64,000 nucleotides of DNA from Escherichia coli. GTDB taxonomy: Bacteria; Pseudomonadota; Gammaproteobacteria; Enterobacterales; Enterobacteriaceae. Below are positions 1 to 9,407 of the stretch, in pieces. The position numbers and the translations under genes are program-made. The notes beneath the pieces are model-generated. The model did no database searches and was not told where the DNA came from. It was given only the letters and a program-made list of their open reading frames with translations. The DNA is taken from the NCBI RefSeq assembly GCF_030384885.1, contig NZ_CP128613.1. The stretch is one strand, 5' to 3'. Position 1 is the first letter of the stretch, and the number at the start of each line of letters is the position of its first letter.

Positions 1-99
1 TTGTCGCCTCTGAAAAACCTCCATTTTGCTCATCCTGGACTAATCATTATCATTCTCTACAAATTCTATGGCGTTAATTTTTCGTTGGAGTGAAAATTA

Positions 100-275
100 T
101 TGCGGTAAAGTTTGGTAGATTTTAGTGGGTATAGAGTTATCTAAAATATTTACTTTTTTAATCAATGGATTAAGTGTTCTTTAACATAATGGATGTGTTG
201 TTTGTGTGATCCTGTAAAGTTGGTAGATTGTGACTGGCTTAAAAAATCATTAATTAATAATAGGTTATGTTTAGA
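100..275 (+). promoter_or_regulatory. AT-rich CRISPR leader upstream of the first repeat of the 16-repeat array; contains the motif agttggtagattgt shared with the leader of the second array
   Basis: AT-rich, no ORF, directly abuts repeat 1; motif gtaaagtt(t)ggtagatt occurs twice here (about 105-121 and 222-238) and again at about 22183-22200. Confidence 0.6.
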
Positions 276-1219
276 GAGTTCCCCGCGCCAGCGGGGATAA
301 ACCGCAAAAACATGCCTCTAATCGCCTCATATCGCCGAGTTCCCCGCGCCAGCGGGGATAAACCGTGAATTCGCGGTCGTCGGTAGTTATTGTCACAGAG
401 TTCCCCGCGCCAGCGGGGATAAACCGTTTATATCCCCGATACGCACGACGCGGACCGGGAGTTCCCCGCGCCAGCGGGGATAAACCGCCCCGCCCTCCTG
501 CACCACGATCGCGCCCTCAGAGTTCCCCGCGCCAGCGGGGATAAACCGCCTTACGCCTGCAACCTCGTGCCACAGTTCATGAGTTCCCCGCGCCAGCGGG
601 GATAAACCGGTTTTCAGTCCAGCGGCAGCTACGAGGAATCGGAGTTCCCCGCGCCAGCGGGGATAAACCGGATGGTTGAGGGTTATATGATGCCAGTTTA
701 CGGAGTTCCCCGCGCCAGCGGGGATAAACCGGCAAAAACCGGGCAATCGCAAAAAGGCGTAATGAGTTCCCCGCGCCAGCGGGGATAAACCGACGCTGAT
801 TATTCCGTACCAGTATTGTGAGGCGAGTTCCCCGCGCCAGCGGGGATAAACCGGATGACTCTGTGGCCTGGGTGGTTACCTGTCTGAGTTCCCCGCGCCA
901 GCGGGGATAAACCGCCCTGCCCGTTTTGCGGGAGTTCCAATGTTGAGAGTTCCCCGCGCCAGCGGGGATAAACCGCATTATTTTTAGACGGTTGCGGGAT
1001 TGGATTAGAGTTCCCCGCGCCAGCGGGGATAAACCGCGGCCTGGTCGATATCTCGCTGCTAGCGTCAAGAGTTCCCCGCGCCAGCGGGGATAAACCGTAA
1101 GATGATCTCACGGAATTGAACGAACTACGGAGTTCCCCGCGCCAGCGGGGATAAACCGGACACAGAGCGCTGCTATAGCGCCTATGCCAAGAGTTCCCCG
1201 CACCAGCGGGAATAAACCA
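276..1219 (+). CRISPR. Type I-E CRISPR array: 16 repeats of 29 bp (GAGTTCCCCGCGCCAGCGGGGATAAACCG) and 15 spacers of 32 bp, 61-bp period; last repeat degenerate (gagttccccgcaccagcgggaataaacca)
   Basis: Repeat starts read at 276, 337, 398 ... 1191, every 61 bp; spacers all unique; partially palindromic repeat typical of E. coli I-E. Confidence 0.97.
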
Positions 1220-1691
1220 CCATATAACCCGTTATCTCTTTCTCAAGTTTTTATATTAGCAGTACTCGTATTAAGCAACATATCCACGTAACACCTCATG
1301 TTCAAAATAGCTCTCCATATATGAGAAGTTCACAATTATCGATACAAAAAATCAAATTTAATTAAAGTGTTAGTTGTATGATACTTAAATCATTAAGAAA
1401 TTATCATATATTATTTTTTTAATATTGAATTGATGTTTGTTAATTTTTTCTTTAGGATAATGGTTTGTTTTTTAAGCTTATTATTCATTGATTAAGTAAT
1501 AAATCTGGAAGTTTGTCTTTGTTTTGAGGCTAATGAGTGATTTTACATAATCGCCTCTATACGCTGTTGATGAATAGTTCTTATGAATAAAGATATCCAG
1601 TTCATACTTTAAGTGAAAATTGATAAAGTACGATTCGCATAGTCTTTTATTCTAAGGACATCGATTGTAGTTAATATTCCTTGTAAAAACA

Positions 1692-1762
1692 GGGATAAAC
1701 CGGACTTGTTATAATTCTTGATGTTGTCGAACTTATGTTCCCCGCGCCAGCGGGGATAACCA
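1692..1762 (+). repeat. CRISPR remnant: truncated repeat 3' half (gggataaaccg), one 32-bp spacer-like segment, one degenerate repeat (atgttccccgcgccagcggggataacc)
   Basis: Direct reading of sequence about 470 bp downstream of the main array, just upstream of the ygcE 3' end. Confidence 0.6.
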
Positions 1763-1808
1763 TTCAGGTATGTTCAGGCCGGGCATTTTCCCGCCCGGCC
1801 TTCCTCAC

Positions 1809-3287
1809 TTACGCATTCGACCAGCTCTGGATCGAATCTGCATTCCCCAACTCACCATGCATCACTTCATACGATTTTTTCAGGATCACATCAGTGTGTT
1901 TGGTTAGGTCTTTGAAAATGCCTTTATTCATCGCGTCGTAGCGTTTGGCATTGCTCTCAATCGGCATAAAGATATCTTTCACGCGAACCATTTTGTCGAC
2001 AGCCGTTGCGTAATCCGGGTATAGCCCCAGACCTACCGCCGTATTAATCGCTGCCCCCAGGCTTGCACAACCGTTAATGGCGTTACGTCGTGCCGGAAGG
2101 TTGAACACGTCGGCAAAAATTTGCATAAACAGATCGCTGTTCGAACCGCCGCCAGTAATGATCACATGTTTCGCAAAGTGATTCATTTCATGACACATAT
2201 TGTCGTAATTGTTCTTCAGCGTCAGCGCCACGCTTTCCAGTATCGAACGATATATCCATGCGTAATCCATGCTGGAATCAAAGCCGATCATAATCCCGCG
2301 TTTGTACGGTTCCCACGGATTGGTCAGCCAGTCCAGCACCGTCATCAGACCATTACAGCCAGGCGGCACACAAGAAGCTTTTTTGTTGAGCAAATCTTCC
2401 GGTGAAAGATCCTGTGCCCTGGCATCCTGAATTAACGACTCGCCTAACATGTCGCGAAGCCAGCTCACCGTCCACATGCCTTTGCGAATACCGTAACCTT
2501 CATACAGCAAGGTTTGCGGAATAGAAGACATAATCGGCCAGTACGCTACCGGATCTTTCGGCAGTACTTTGCCGTTCATCATCAACGCGATGTAAGTGCC
2601 AAGAGAAATTACCGCCGTTTCATCATCCAGTAACCCGGCTCCCAGTGCTTCTACCGGTTTATCACTGGTGGTACAAACAACTGGCAGCCCAGCCGGGAAA
2701 TGTGTCGCCAGCGCGGCTTGTGGTGTGATATGCCCAAGAACAGTGCCCGGCATTTGCACATCAAAAAGCATCTGTCGGGGAATATTAAACTTCTCCATTA
2801 CCGCGGTATCTTCGCTCCATGCCCAGGTCTTATAATCCACCGGCCACTGACCAAAATAGTTGGCGATATTGTCTTTAAACTCGCCGGTTAAACGGTGTGT
2901 CAGATAACCTGAAAAAGAGGTGGCATATGCCACATCAGGATTGGTGTGCTCGTAGGGACGTGTTACGCGTGCATCCTGCCAGCTAATCAACGGCGCAGCT
3001 GGCGTGCCATCGGCTTTCAATAACGCACGGCAGCAACGGATAGATCCCAGACCAATGCCGACAATATCTTCTTTATTCCCGGCAAACTGGCTCATCAAAT
3101 CGTGACCAGCAAAACATAATGATGCCCATAAATCATCGTCAGGATGTTCTGCGGTATCGGCATCTGGAGTGTGCATCGGTTGTAATAAGCCTTTGCCTTC
3201 GCAAACCACGTTACCTTCCAGATCGTACATCACCACTTTTGTGCTCTGACTTCCGCCATCAATCCCTATGATGTATTTTTTCGACAT
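1809..3287 (-). CDS. ygcE: FGGY-family carbohydrate kinase (492 aa)
   Basis: Full-length ORF; N-terminus MSKKYIIGIDGGSQSTK typical of the glycerol/xylulose kinase fold. Confidence 0.9.
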   Translation of the reverse strand: MSKKYIIGIDGGSQSTKVVMYDLEGNVVCEGKGLLQPMHTPDADTAEHPDDDLWASLCFAGHDLMSQFAGNKEDIVGIGLGSIRCCRALLKADGTPAAPLISWQDARVTRPYEHTNPDVAYATSFSGYLTHRLTGEFKDNIANYFGQWPVDYKTWAWSEDTAVMEKFNIPRQMLFDVQMPGTVLGHITPQAALATHFPAGLPVVCTTSDKPVEALGAGLLDDETAVISLGTYIALMMNGKVLPKDPVAYWPIMSSIPQTLLYEGYGIRKGMWTVSWLRDMLGESLIQDARAQDLSPEDLLNKKASCVPPGCNGLMTVLDWLTNPWEPYKRGIMIGFDSSMDYAWIYRSILESVALTLKNNYDNMCHEMNHFAKHVIITGGGSNSDLFMQIFADVFNLPARRNAINGCASLGAAINTAVGLGLYPDYATAVDKMVRVKDIFMPIESNAKRYDAMNKGIFKDLTKHTDVILKKSYEVMHGELGNADSIQSWSNA

Positions 3288-3313
3288 GATTTTTCTCCTG
3301 TAATTTTCCTGGC

Positions 3314-4591
3314 TTACTTGCTGCTAGCCATTGCGGGGGTGCTATCAGCAGTACGAATTTTTTGGAACAGCAAAAAGGTAAAGACGATCACCATGCCAAG
3401 CGCCGCCATGCCCATCAGCCACATATTGCGGTAGGCTTCTGCAGCGGGCAGGGTGTCTTGCCAGTAGCCGATAATTGGGTAAACGAAGACATCCGGCAGA
3501 AATCCAATCACCGAACAAATACCTACCGTGGTGCCCATAATGTAAGACGGTGTTCTCGCTTCGCCAGGGCAGGCCCAGTACAGCCCGCGTGAGGCGTAAC
3601 AGGTGAATCCCAGAAGTAAAATCAGACCAATCCCCATCGCGACCGATTGCGGGTTAGAGTTCGTGATGAGCAGGGCAGTTAACGCCAGCAGGCCGAGTAC
3701 GGAAAGTATTTGAATCACGCGGGTAGGGGATTTCACTTTGCTGTAGGTGGTGATAATGCCACCAAGTGGGCCGCACAGTGCGCGGAAGATTTTGTTGATC
3801 ACAATCCCCATGTAGCTCGCCGCCACCAGCGACATGCCGTACATTTCGGTCAGATAGTTGGTGGAGTAACTCAGAATGGCGTAGATGGTGAAGACGCCAA
3901 AAATCACCATGCTGCAGTACCATGTGGTGCTGATGCGCAAAACGGCCAGGATGTCGCTAAGCTGGAATGACTGTTTTTCTTCGTTATTGGCATTGCGCAG
4001 GTTGTTGTTATCGCTAACAAAAAACCAGCACAGAATCCCCAATAAAATGTAGACCACACTATAGATGATAATGACCGTTTTCAGGCTGGCGCTGTCATCC
4101 GGTGCAAAGCGAGAAAAGACCCACATGGTAAACACCGCCAGCGACATTACACCGACGCCGCGCAGCCCTTCCATCCAGCCCATAATTTTCCCCTGCTCGC
4201 TATGATCGCCAAGCAACGATGCGGCTTTAATCGACACCGACCACAGCATTAAAATCGTCGTTATCGCAAAGGCGACCTGAATACAGAGCATTACCCACAG
4301 CGGTGGATACGTTGCCATTAACAGACCCAGCAATCCGGTAATGATCATCGCGGAAGTAATCATTTTGCGATGCGAAAATTTATCGGCAATAACGCCGCTG
4401 GGGGCATAAAGAATAATAGCCGCAATACCAAAGGTACTCATTATTAAACCTATCTCGGTATTGCTGAATCCCATAAATTTAGCCATGGGAATTTGATAAA
4501 TATAACGTAAATAAGCCAGATCAAAACTAACGCCGCCACTAAAACTAATTATCGCGAGGGTTATCCAACGGCGATATGAGTTGTGTTGCAT
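3314..4591 (-). CDS. yqcE: MFS transporter (425 aa)
   Basis: Full-length hydrophobic ORF with multiple predicted TM segments. Confidence 0.88.
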   Translation of the reverse strand: MQHNSYRRWITLAIISFSGGVSFDLAYLRYIYQIPMAKFMGFSNTEIGLIMSTFGIAAIILYAPSGVIADKFSHRKMITSAMIITGLLGLLMATYPPLWVMLCIQVAFAITTILMLWSVSIKAASLLGDHSEQGKIMGWMEGLRGVGVMSLAVFTMWVFSRFAPDDSASLKTVIIIYSVVYILLGILCWFFVSDNNNLRNANNEEKQSFQLSDILAVLRISTTWYCSMVIFGVFTIYAILSYSTNYLTEMYGMSLVAASYMGIVINKIFRALCGPLGGIITTYSKVKSPTRVIQILSVLGLLALTALLITNSNPQSVAMGIGLILLLGFTCYASRGLYWACPGEARTPSYIMGTTVGICSVIGFLPDVFVYPIIGYWQDTLPAAEAYRNMWLMGMAALGMVIVFTFLLFQKIRTADSTPAMASSK

Positions 4592-4769
4592 ATCGTATTC
4601 CCATTTGTAATAGACAAAAAAAAGAGAAAAGTAAGCCGCCCTTTCAGGTGGATTACTTTTCTCAGGTCTCTAGTAATTGCAATAAGAAATAACATGGAAA
4701 GCAGGGGTGTTGTGTGAGAGTAGTCACGCTTCTGCTTTTTAAAATTATTTGACAATTCGAATATCACAC

Positions 4770-4785
4770 TGTGATTACGATCACA
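4770..4785. promoter_or_regulatory. Perfect CRP-type palindrome TGTGAttacgaTCACA in the yqcE/ygcW divergent intergenic region
   Basis: Sequence tgtgattacgatcaca matches the TGTGA-N6-TCACA consensus exactly; an overlapping palindrome atcacactgtgat lies immediately upstream. Confidence 0.55.
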
Positions 4786-4909
4786 TTAGCGCTTATGCCC
4801 TTATGCTAAAAATTATCTCCAGTTACCAGAGATAATGAGAAAGGTAACTTCCCTCTCGCGGGGGAAGTTACCTTTCTTTTTTTTTGCCTTACGGAAATTG
4901 GAGCTAACT

Positions 4910-5695
4910 ATGTCAATCGAATCTCTCAATGCGTTCTCAATGGATTTTTTCTCCCTGAAAGGTAAAACCGCAATTGTTACTGGTGGGAATAGCGGTTTAG
5001 GCCAGGCATTTGCCATGGCACTGGCAAAAGCAGGCGCAAATATCTTTATTCCTAGTTTCGTTAAAGATAATGGCGAAACAAAGGAAATGATTGAAAAACA
5101 GGGGGTTGAGGTGGGCTTCATGCAGGTGGATATCACCGCAGAAGGCGCGCCGCAGAAGATAATTGCCGCCTGTTGTGAACGTTTCGGCACCGTCGATATT
5201 CTGGTTAACAATGCCGGTATATGTAAGCTGAATAAGGTGCTGGATTTCGGTCGTGCCGACTGGGACCCGATGATTGACGTGAACCTGACCGCCGCATTCG
5301 AGTTAAGCTACGAAGCGGCAAAAATTATGATCCCGCAGAAAAGCGGTAAAATCATTAATATCTGTTCACTGTTTTCTTACTTAGGTGGTCAATGGTCTCC
5401 TGCTTATTCTGCCACTAAACACGCCCTTGCCGGATTTACCAAAGCCTATTGCGATGAATTAGGTCAATATAATATTCAGGTAAATGGTATTGCCCCAGGA
5501 TATTACGCTACCGATATCACCCTGGCGACACGCAGTAATCCAGAAACCAATCAGCGCGTTCTTGATCATATTCCAGCAAACCGTTGGGGCGATACTCAGG
5601 ATTTAATGGGCGCAGCCATATTTCTCGCAAGTCCGGCATCGAATTATGTCAACGGGCATTTATTAGTGGTTGATGGCGGTTATTTAGTGCGCTAA
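4910..5695 (+). CDS. ygcW: Short-chain dehydrogenase/reductase, KduD-like (261 aa)
   Basis: ATG at 4910 preceded by ggag; TGGNSGLG Rossmann motif; the longer track ORF from 4835 is rejected as an upstream in-frame extension. Confidence 0.88.
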   Translation: MSIESLNAFSMDFFSLKGKTAIVTGGNSGLGQAFAMALAKAGANIFIPSFVKDNGETKEMIEKQGVEVGFMQVDITAEGAPQKIIAACCERFGTVDILVNNAGICKLNKVLDFGRADWDPMIDVNLTAAFELSYEAAKIMIPQKSGKIINICSLFSYLGGQWSPAYSATKHALAGFTKAYCDELGQYNIQVNGIAPGYYATDITLATRSNPETNQRVLDHIPANRWGDTQDLMGAAIFLASPASNYVNGHLLVVDGGYLVR

Positions 5696-5764
5696 TCCAT
5701 AACGGTGGTTTCTGATTTCTTTTATTAATGACTATTCCATTTTTATTATCAGGAAGGAATTACT

Positions 5765-7219
5765 ATGTCTTTATCTCGCGCAGCGATTGTCGACCAGCTA
5801 AAGGAAATTGTTGGTGCAGATCGCGTAATTACCGATGAAACGGTATTGAAGAAAAACAGTATTGATCGTTTTCGTAAATTTCCGGATATTCATGGTATTT
5901 ATACTTTGCCTATTCCGGCAGCGGTCGTAAAACTCGGTTCCACTGAGCAAGTGTCCCGTGTGCTGAATTTTATGAATGCACACAAAATTAACGGCGTACC
6001 ACGTACCGGTGCTTCCGCTACCGAAGGCGGGCTGGAAACCGTTGTGGAAAACTCGGTGGTGCTTGATGGCTCTGCAATGAATCAAATCATTAATATTGAT
6101 ATAGAGAATATGCAGGCGACGGCGCAATGTGGCGTTCCGCTGGAAGTGCTGGAAAACGCGTTGCGTGAAAAAGGTTACACCACGGGGCACTCTCCGCAGT
6201 CAAAACCGTTGGCGCAGATGGGTGGACTGGTGGCGACCCGTAGTATTGGGCAGTTCTCCACACTCTACGGCGCAATCGAGGATATGGTCGTTGGCCTGGA
6301 AGCAGTACTGGCTGATGGCACCGTGACACGCATTAAAAACGTGCCACGACGCGCGGCGGGTCCGGACATTCGTCACATCATCATCGGCAACGAAGGCGCA
6401 TTGTGCTATATCACTGAAGTCACTGTGAAAATCTTTAAATTCACCCCGGAAAACAACCTCTTCTACGGCTATATCCTGGAAGACATGAAAACCGGCTTCA
6501 ACATCCTGCGTGAAATCATGGTGGAAGGATATCGTCCGTCGATCGCTCGTTTGTATGACGCTGAAGATGGCACCCAACACTTCACCCATTTTGCCGACGG
6601 AAAATGCGTGCTGATCTTTATGGCTGAAGGTAACCCTCGCATTGCGAAGGCGACGGGCGAAGGGATTGCTGAAATCGTGGCACGTTACCCGCAATGCCAG
6701 CGCGTGGACAGCAAGCTGATCGAAACCTGGTTTAACAACCTGAACTGGGGACCGGATAAAGTGGCTGCCGAACGTGTGCAGATCCTCAAAACCGGCAACA
6801 TGGGCTTTACCACCGAAGTGTCCGGCTGCTGGAGTTGCATACACGAAATCTACGAAAGCGTTATTAACCGTATTCGTACCGAGTTCGCGCACGCCGACGA
6901 CATCACCATGCTGGGCGGTCACTCCTCTCATAGCTATCAGAACGGCACCAACATGTACTTCGTCTACGACTACAACGTCGTTGACTGTAAGCCGGAAGAG
7001 GAAATCGACAAATACCACAATCCGCTCAACAAAATCATCTGCGAAGAAACCATTCGCCTCGGCGGTTCGATGGTACACCATCACGGTATCGGTAAACATC
7101 GTGTTCACTGGAGCAAACTGGAACACGGCAGCGCGTGGACATTGCTGGAAGGGCTGAAAAAACAGTTCGATCCTAACGGTATTATGAATACGGGTACTAT
7201 CTATCCGATTGAAAAATAA
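5765..7219 (+). CDS. ygcU: FAD-linked oxidoreductase, GlcD / alkyl-DHAP synthase-like (484 aa)
   Basis: Full-length ORF with FAD-binding PCMH-type architecture by composition and synteny. Confidence 0.85.
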   Translation: MSLSRAAIVDQLKEIVGADRVITDETVLKKNSIDRFRKFPDIHGIYTLPIPAAVVKLGSTEQVSRVLNFMNAHKINGVPRTGASATEGGLETVVENSVVLDGSAMNQIINIDIENMQATAQCGVPLEVLENALREKGYTTGHSPQSKPLAQMGGLVATRSIGQFSTLYGAIEDMVVGLEAVLADGTVTRIKNVPRRAAGPDIRHIIIGNEGALCYITEVTVKIFKFTPENNLFYGYILEDMKTGFNILREIMVEGYRPSIARLYDAEDGTQHFTHFADGKCVLIFMAEGNPRIAKATGEGIAEIVARYPQCQRVDSKLIETWFNNLNWGPDKVAAERVQILKTGNMGFTTEVSGCWSCIHEIYESVINRIRTEFAHADDITMLGGHSSHSYQNGTNMYFVYDYNVVDCKPEEEIDKYHNPLNKIICEETIRLGGSMVHHHGIGKHRVHWSKLEHGSAWTLLEGLKKQFDPNGIMNTGTIYPIEK

Positions 7220-7312
7220 TGTGTCAGGCAGCGTTTCGCGATGACGGGGCGTTGTCTTTTCGGCTTCTCAACCGGGAAGCCGTTCTTATTACCGGACAAT
7301 GAAGGGGTAAAG

Positions 7313-8650
7313 ATGAACACTTCACCGGTGCGAATGGATGATTTACCGCTTAACCGTTTTCACTGTCGAATTGCTGCGCTGACTTTCGGCGCACACCTGA
7401 CCGACGGTTATGTTCTCGGCGTCATTGGTTACGCCATAATTCAGCTTACTCCAGCCATGCAACTGACGCCGTTTATGGCGGGAATGATCGGCGGCTCGGC
7501 GCTACTTGGCCTGTTTATCGGCAGCCTGGTTTTGGGCTGGATCTCCGACCATATCGGGCGGCAAAAAATCTTCACCTTCAGCTTTATGCTGATTACGCTC
7601 GCCTCGTTCCTGCAATTTTTTGCCACCACGCCAGAGCATCTTATTGGACTACGCATTTTGATCGGCATTGGTCTGGGAGGCGACTATTCAGTAGGTCACA
7701 CCTTGCTGGCTGAATTTTCCCCGCGCCGCCATCGCGGTATTTTGCTAGGCGCTTTCAGCGTGGTGTGGACCGTAGGTTATGTGTTGGCAAGTCTTGCCGG
7801 ACATCACTTTATTAGCGAAAGCCCCGAAGCCTGGCGATGGTTACTTGCATCGGCGGCATTTCCTGCCCTGTTGATTACGTTGTTACGTTGGGGAACGCCA
7901 GAATCGCCACGCTGGCTACTGCGCCAGGGGCGTTTTGCAGAAGCTCACGCTATCGTGCATCGCTATTTTGGTCCCCATGTTTTACTGGGCGATGAAGTGG
8001 CAACGGCGACCCATAAACACATCAAAACCTTGTTCTCTTCGCGCTACTGGCGGCGCACGGCGTTTAACAGCGTCTTCTTTGTCTGCCTCGTAATCCCATG
8101 GTTTGTGATTTATACCTGGCTGCCAACTATCGCCCAAACTATTGGACTGGAAGATGCGCTGACTGCCAGCCTGATGCTTAATGCGTTGTTAATTGTGGGC
8201 GCGCTGCTGGGATTATTTCTGACGCACCTGCTGGCACATCGCAAATTTTTGCTGGGAAGTTTTTTGCTGCTGGCGGCAACGCTGGTAGTGATGGCCTGTT
8301 TGCCTTCTGGCAGTTCATTAACGCTGCTGCTTTTTGTTCTCTTCAGCACCACCATTTCGGCAGTCAGTAATCTGGTGGGCATTTTGCCTGCGGAAAGTTT
8401 TCCTACTGACATTCGCTCGCTGGGTGTCGGTTTTGCCACTGCCATGAGTCGGTTGGGGGCGGCGGTAAGTACTGGCCTGCTGCCGTGGGTGCTGGCGCAG
8501 TGGGGAATGCAAGTCACCTTATTGCTCCTGGCGGCAGTGTTGTTGGTTGGTTTTGTTGTGACCTGGCTATGGGCACCAGAAACCAAAGCACTCCCGCTGG
8601 TGGCGGCGGGAAATGTAGGAGGTACTAATGAACATTCTGTTAGCATTTAA
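7313..8650 (+). CDS. ygcS: MFS sugar-transporter-like protein (445 aa)
   Basis: Start ATG at 7313 after gaagggg SD; hydrophobic multi-TM ORF. Confidence 0.85.
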   Translation: MNTSPVRMDDLPLNRFHCRIAALTFGAHLTDGYVLGVIGYAIIQLTPAMQLTPFMAGMIGGSALLGLFIGSLVLGWISDHIGRQKIFTFSFMLITLASFLQFFATTPEHLIGLRILIGIGLGGDYSVGHTLLAEFSPRRHRGILLGAFSVVWTVGYVLASLAGHHFISESPEAWRWLLASAAFPALLITLLRWGTPESPRWLLRQGRFAEAHAIVHRYFGPHVLLGDEVATATHKHIKTLFSSRYWRRTAFNSVFFVCLVIPWFVIYTWLPTIAQTIGLEDALTASLMLNALLIVGALLGLFLTHLLAHRKFLLGSFLLLAATLVVMACLPSGSSLTLLLFVLFSTTISAVSNLVGILPAESFPTDIRSLGVGFATAMSRLGAAVSTGLLPWVLAQWGMQVTLLLLAAVLLVGFVVTWLWAPETKALPLVAAGNVGGTNEHSVSI

Positions 8651-9407
8651 AGCCGAACCGGATGCCGGAATGCTGGCGGAAAAAGAGTGGCAGGCAGCGG
8701 CTCAGGGTAATAGCGGACCGGATGTTTCGCTTCTGCGAAGTTTACTCGGTGCTGATGAACAGGCTGCCGCCGCGCTGCTGTTGGCGCAGAGAAAAAACGG
8801 TACGTCGATGTCTTTAACCGCGTTGAGCATGGGGGATGAACGGGCGTTGCACTGGCTGCGCTATCTCATGGCTCTTGGGTTTGAGGAAGCTGTATTGCTG
8901 GAGACGGCGGCAGATCTGCGCTTTGCGCCGGAATTTGTCGCTCGCCATATTGCCGAATGGCAGCGCCAGAATCCGCTGGATCTGATCATTACTGGCTGCC
9001 AGAGCAGCGAAGGGCAGAACGGGCAAACGCCATTTTTGCTGGCGGAAATGCTGACCTGGCCCTGTTTTACCCAGGTGGAGCGTTTTACTCTCGACGCACC
9101 GTTTATCTCGCTCGAACAGCGTACTGAACATGGATTACGCTGTTGTCGGGTTCGCTTGCCTGCGGTGATTGCCGTGCGCCAGTGTGGCGAGGTGGCCTTG
9201 CCAGTACCGGGAATGCGCCAGCGAATGGCTGCGGGGAAAGCTGAAATTATCCGCAAAACTGTTACTGCTGAATCGTCAGCGATGCAGTGCCGGCAACTGG
9301 AAAGGCCAGAGCAACGACGCGGTGCAACGCTTCTTGATGGGCAAACGGTAGCAGAAAAAGCGCAAAAGCTATGGCAGGACTATTTACGCCAAAGGATGCA
9401 GCCATGA
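8628..9407 (+). CDS. ygcR: Electron transfer flavoprotein beta-subunit-like (FixA-like) protein (259 aa)
   Basis: ORF overlaps the ygcS 3' end; ETF-beta-like sequence; synteny with ygcQ. Confidence 0.82.
   Translation: MNILLAFKAEPDAGMLAEKEWQAAAQGNSGPDVSLLRSLLGADEQAAAALLLAQRKNGTSMSLTALSMGDERALHWLRYLMALGFEEAVLLETAADLRFAPEFVARHIAEWQRQNPLDLIITGCQSSEGQNGQTPFLLAEMLTWPCFTQVERFTLDAPFISLEQRTEHGLRCCRVRLPAVIAVRQCGEVALPVPGMRQRMAAGKAEIIRKTVTAESSAMQCRQLERPEQRRGATLLDGQTVAEKAQKLWQDYLRQRMQP

Noticed and set aside
393-1111. Three minus-strand ORFs (119, 163, 103 aa) with repetitive FIPAGAGNS / LSPLARGT peptide motifs
   Set aside because: They are translations through the CRISPR repeats (the periodic motif is the repeat itself); not genes
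4835-4909. Longer N-terminal extensions offered by the ORF track for ygcW, and similarly for ygcS, ygcQ, cysH, surE, rpoS, fhlA, hypC, hypA, hycE, ascB, cas6e and ygbI
   Set aside because: In each case an internal start with a proper SD and conserved N-terminus gives the canonical protein length; the upstream in-frame sequence overlaps the preceding gene or a promoter region
6200-7126. 308-aa minus-strand ORF
   Set aside because: Lies entirely antisense within ygcU; no SD and no recognisable fold; typical antisense artefact in GC-rich coding sequence
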